Assembly (NCBI RefSeq): GCF_009914755.1
Contig: NC_060928.1
DNA from: the human T2T-CHM13v2.0 reference genome, Homo sapiens
DNA length: 64,000 nucleotides
Reading direction: 5' to 3' (one strand)
Both the position numbers and the translations under genes were made by a program. Every line of letters begins with the position of its first letter. Position 1 is the first letter of the stretch. Positions 55,814-64,000 of this stretch are shown piece by piece. The notes under the pieces are model-generated. The model was given only the letters and a program-made list of their open reading frames with translations, was not told where the DNA came from and ran no database searches.

Positions 55814-60498
<4,685 letters not shown>

Positions 60499-60682
60499 TA
60501 ACTGCAAATTTTTAAATTATAAGTGTATTTGGGTTGTTTGCAACTCAATGGATAAATGTTTAAGGGGATGAATACCTCATTCTTCATGATGTGCTTATTT
60601 CATATTACATGACTGTATTAAAATATCTCATATATGCCATAAATATGTATACCTAGTTAGGACCCAGGAAAATTAAAAAATA
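60499..60682 (+). mobile_element. L1MA (L1MA1-4-type) 3' terminus, part 2
   Basis: ggataaatgtttaaggggatgaatacctcattcttcatgatgtgcttattt...cataaatatgtatacct...aaaattaaaaaata. Confidence 0.8.
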
Positions 60683-60694
60683 GGTTTTTTTTTT

Positions 60695-62785
60695 TAAAAA
60701 GAAGAGACAATGTATACAGATTGGGAAGGAAAAGTAAAACTGTCTTTGTTCACAGTTGACATAATTGTCTATGTAGGCTATTCAGAATAATAGACAGATA
60801 CTCCTGGAAATAATAAATTATTACATAAAGGTTGCAGGATATGAGGTTAATATACAAAATTCAATCTCTTTGTTACATACCAGCAATGAGTACTTGGAAT
60901 CTTAAGTTTAAAACACAATACAATTTATATTAACATCCCCCAAAATTAAATACTTGGGGGTAAAATGAAAAGAAATATGAAGAGAATCTATATGAGAAAA
61001 ACTACAAACCTGTGATGGAAGAAATCAGACAAGAAGACACAATATTGTCACAATGTCACTTCTTCTCTTGGCCTATAGCTTCAACATAATCCCCATCAAA
61101 ATGTCAGCAAGTTATTTTTTGAATATCAACAAATGGATTCTAATGTTTATAGGGAGAGGCAAAAGAATCAGAATAATCAACACAATAATGAAGCCAAAAC
61201 GCACAGCTGAAGGATCGACACTACTCAACATCAAGACTTACTATATATCCACAGTATTAAAGGCAGTGCAATATTGCTGAAAAAAATAGACAAATAGATT
61301 AATGGAACAGAGTAGATAGCCCCGAAATAGACCCACAAAGACAGAGTCAACTGACTGTGCCAAAACTGCTCTTTTGGCAAAAGAACAATGGTAATATAAT
61401 GGTAAAAAGAGTCTTTTAAAAAATAGTATTGGAAACTAGAACTTTTCATTGCAAAAAAGTGAATCTAGACAGAGACCTTACACCTTTCACAAAAATTAAC
61501 TCAAAATGAATTATAGACATAGGTGTAAAATGCAGAACTATAAAACTTGTTGAAGATAACATAGAATATCAAGATGACATTGAATATGGGAATGACTTTT
61601 TAGATACAACCCTAAAGGCACAATCCACGAAAGTACTAATGGACAAGCTGAACTTCATTGAAATTAAAACCTTCCACTCTGATAAGCCATTGTTAGGAGA
61701 AAAAGAAGACAAGCCACAGACTGGAAAGAAATATTTGCAGAAATAATATCTGATAAAGGATTCTCATTTAAAATATACAAAGAACTCTTAAAACTCAACA
61801 GTATGAAACAAACAACCTGCTTTAAAAATGGAAAAAGAATCCAAACAGACACCTTACCAAAGAAAATATATAGATAGCAAATAAGCATATGAAAAGATGC
61901 TCAATATCATCTGTCATTAGGGTAGTGCAGATTAAAGTAACCAAGAGATACTACTACATATCATTAGAGTGGTGAAAATTCAAACACTGACAAAACCAAA
62001 TGCTAATGAGGATGTACAGCAACAGGAAGTCTCATTCATTGCTGGTGAGAATCCAAAATGGTACAGCCACTTTGGAGGACAGTTTTCAGGTGTTGACAAA
62101 ACTAAACTTTTACCAATAATCCAGCCATTGTGTTCCTTGGTATTTACTCAAATGAGCTGAAAACTTTCACCCGAAAACTTGCATGCTTATAGCACTTTTA
62201 TTTGTAATTACCAAAACTTGAAAGCAGCCAAGATTTCCTTTAATAGATGAATAGACACATAAACTGTGGAACATCCTCACAATGGAATTTTATTCAATGG
62301 TGAAAAGAAATGAGCTTTTAAGGCATGAGAAGATGTGGAGGAAATTTTCACTCATTACTAGGTGAAAGAAGTCAAATTGAATAGGCTAAATAATATATGA
62401 TTCCAACTACATCTGAGAAAGACAAATCTGTGAGGACAGAAAAGATACCAGTGGCTGCCAGGGGTTGTGGGGGAGTGAAGTATGAATAGGCAGAACACAG
62501 AGGATTTTTAGGGCAGAACGAAACTACTCTGTATAATATTATAATGGTGGAACTTGTCATTATACATTTGTCAAAACCCATAGACTGTAAAACACCAAGA
62601 GTGAACCCCTTAATGTAAACTGTGGACTTTGAGTGATAATGATGTATCACTTTAGGTTCATCAATTGTAACAAGTGTATACCACTCTAGTACAGGATGTT
62701 GATAGCAGGGTCAGAGAGTATAGAGGAACCCTGTGGTTTCTGCTCTATCAACTTTGGTGTGAAGGTAAAACTGCTCTAAAAAAAA
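60695..62785 (+). mobile_element. L1MC1-like ORF2 and 3' UTR, part 2
   Basis: Resumes at gtatacagattgggaaggaaaagtaaaactgtctttgttcacag. 3' end gtgaacccttaatgtaaactgtggactttgagtgat...aaaactgctctaaaaaaaa. Confidence 0.87.
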
Positions 62786-62900
62786 TGTGTGTGTGTGTGT
62801 ATATATACATACTTTCATCTAAATATATTATGTTCAAATACATATGCTTATAGCATCATTATATATATCATAAATATGAATATATATATTCAGATGATAG
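62786..62900. repeat. (TG)n/(TA)n low-complexity tail
   Basis: tgtgtgtgtgtgtgtatatatacat... Confidence 0.8.
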
Positions 62901-62919
62901 TATATCCTGCCTATAATAT

Positions 62920-64000
62920 TGATAAAACACATTTTAAAATTTAGATTTCAATCACTCATGAAAAGAAGTTATTTTAAAATAAGCTAAAATAATTTGTCTA
63001 TATACCACCAATATCCAATTAGAAAATACAGGAGAAATGCATTTTATTCAGGAATTTTGACAATACAAAAATACAAGACATCCAGTAATAAACATCAAAA
63101 ATGTGCAGAAATAACATGATATACCTATAAAATTTATTAAAATATACAAAATAAAACAGCTACCTTAATATGTTCACTCATAAATTAACAAGATGAGGTA
63201 TGAGAATAATTTAAAATAATTTGTTTCTTAATTCATTCTTAAAATAAATAAAATAACCAAATTTCATTAAAAAACAAATTGATTGAATTAAACATTTTGA
63301 GAAAATAATTGAAAGATATTTTTCTCAAACATTTAAATATAAAATTGAATATTTTATAAAGAACGCAGGAATAAATATGAAATCAACAAAAATTTTAGAG
63401 GTCAGTTAAATTATTGGTATTAATAGGATACACAATAAAATATTATTTAAACCAGCAAGGGAAGGAAAAGATACTTTATTAATCTGGAAATATGTATTGA
63501 AGGAAAAAAGCAGAATCACCTTACTCTATTATACCTAGTATCAGAAGAAAGTAGAGATAAATATTAATAGTATAGATATATATTCATATGCAGAAATAGC
63601 AAATTAATAGTTATGGCTGTAGAAGAATATAAAATTATTGTATAATGTGTCATAAATAAAATCAAAAGTAAACCAAAAATTGGAAATCTAAGCTGATAAT
63701 TATTATTGTCCTTAAAAACAGGATGTCTATATAGAAGGAAAAAGTTAAACATCCAAATTTTAAAAGTAGCAAAATAAGATGAACTGGCAATTCACAAAAA
63801 AAATGAAATATAATGATTAATAAACTTATGAAAAAGAGTTAAAACTGCAAGTGATCAAAAGTGTGAAAATTTAATTACTAATGAGAGTCTTCTTTTTATA
63901 TAGTGACAATATTAAAGGTTAAATAAATATATATATGTGTATATATGTATTTTACATTGTTTATGTGGAGGAAATTATACTGTCATAAATTGATAATCAG
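62920..64000 (+). mobile_element. Very old L1ME-like ORF2 fragments
   Basis: tatataccaccaatatccaattagaaaat; aactggcaattcacaaaaaaaatgaaatataatgattaataaacttatgaaaa. Confidence 0.6.

Overview
Human (primate-type, with a human-specific AluYb8) AT-rich, repeat-dense genomic DNA. No protein-coding gene, RNA gene or prokaryotic system can be supported. Most of the ORF track is decayed LINE-1 ORF1/ORF2 sequence, antisense L1/Alu/L2 frames or chance ORFs. The window holds many L1s of different ages (L1PA4, L1PA7/8, L1PA13, L1PA15/16, L1PB, L1MA, L1MB, L1MC, L1ME), five Alus, L2/MIR/CR1 fossils, several LTR relics (MST, MLT1, MLT2, LTR47-like, LTR78-like, an ERVL internal fragment), a MER5A and microsatellites. 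Subfamily names come from recalled consensus motifs and need RepeatMasker/Dfam confirmation. The most notable observations are: three independent twin-primed (5'-inverted) L1 insertions with readable TSDs and junction microhomology; a multi-layer nested L1 stack at 46.3-62.8 kb that includes an L1PA7/8 with no poly(A) or TSD; an unusually well-preserved CR1/L3 3' end with a 101-codon open frame; and a few splice-signal-bounded candidate non-coding exons, one next to a (TC)16(TG)17(AG)10 tract. I see no evidence of a new biological system, so the findings are hypotheses to test.
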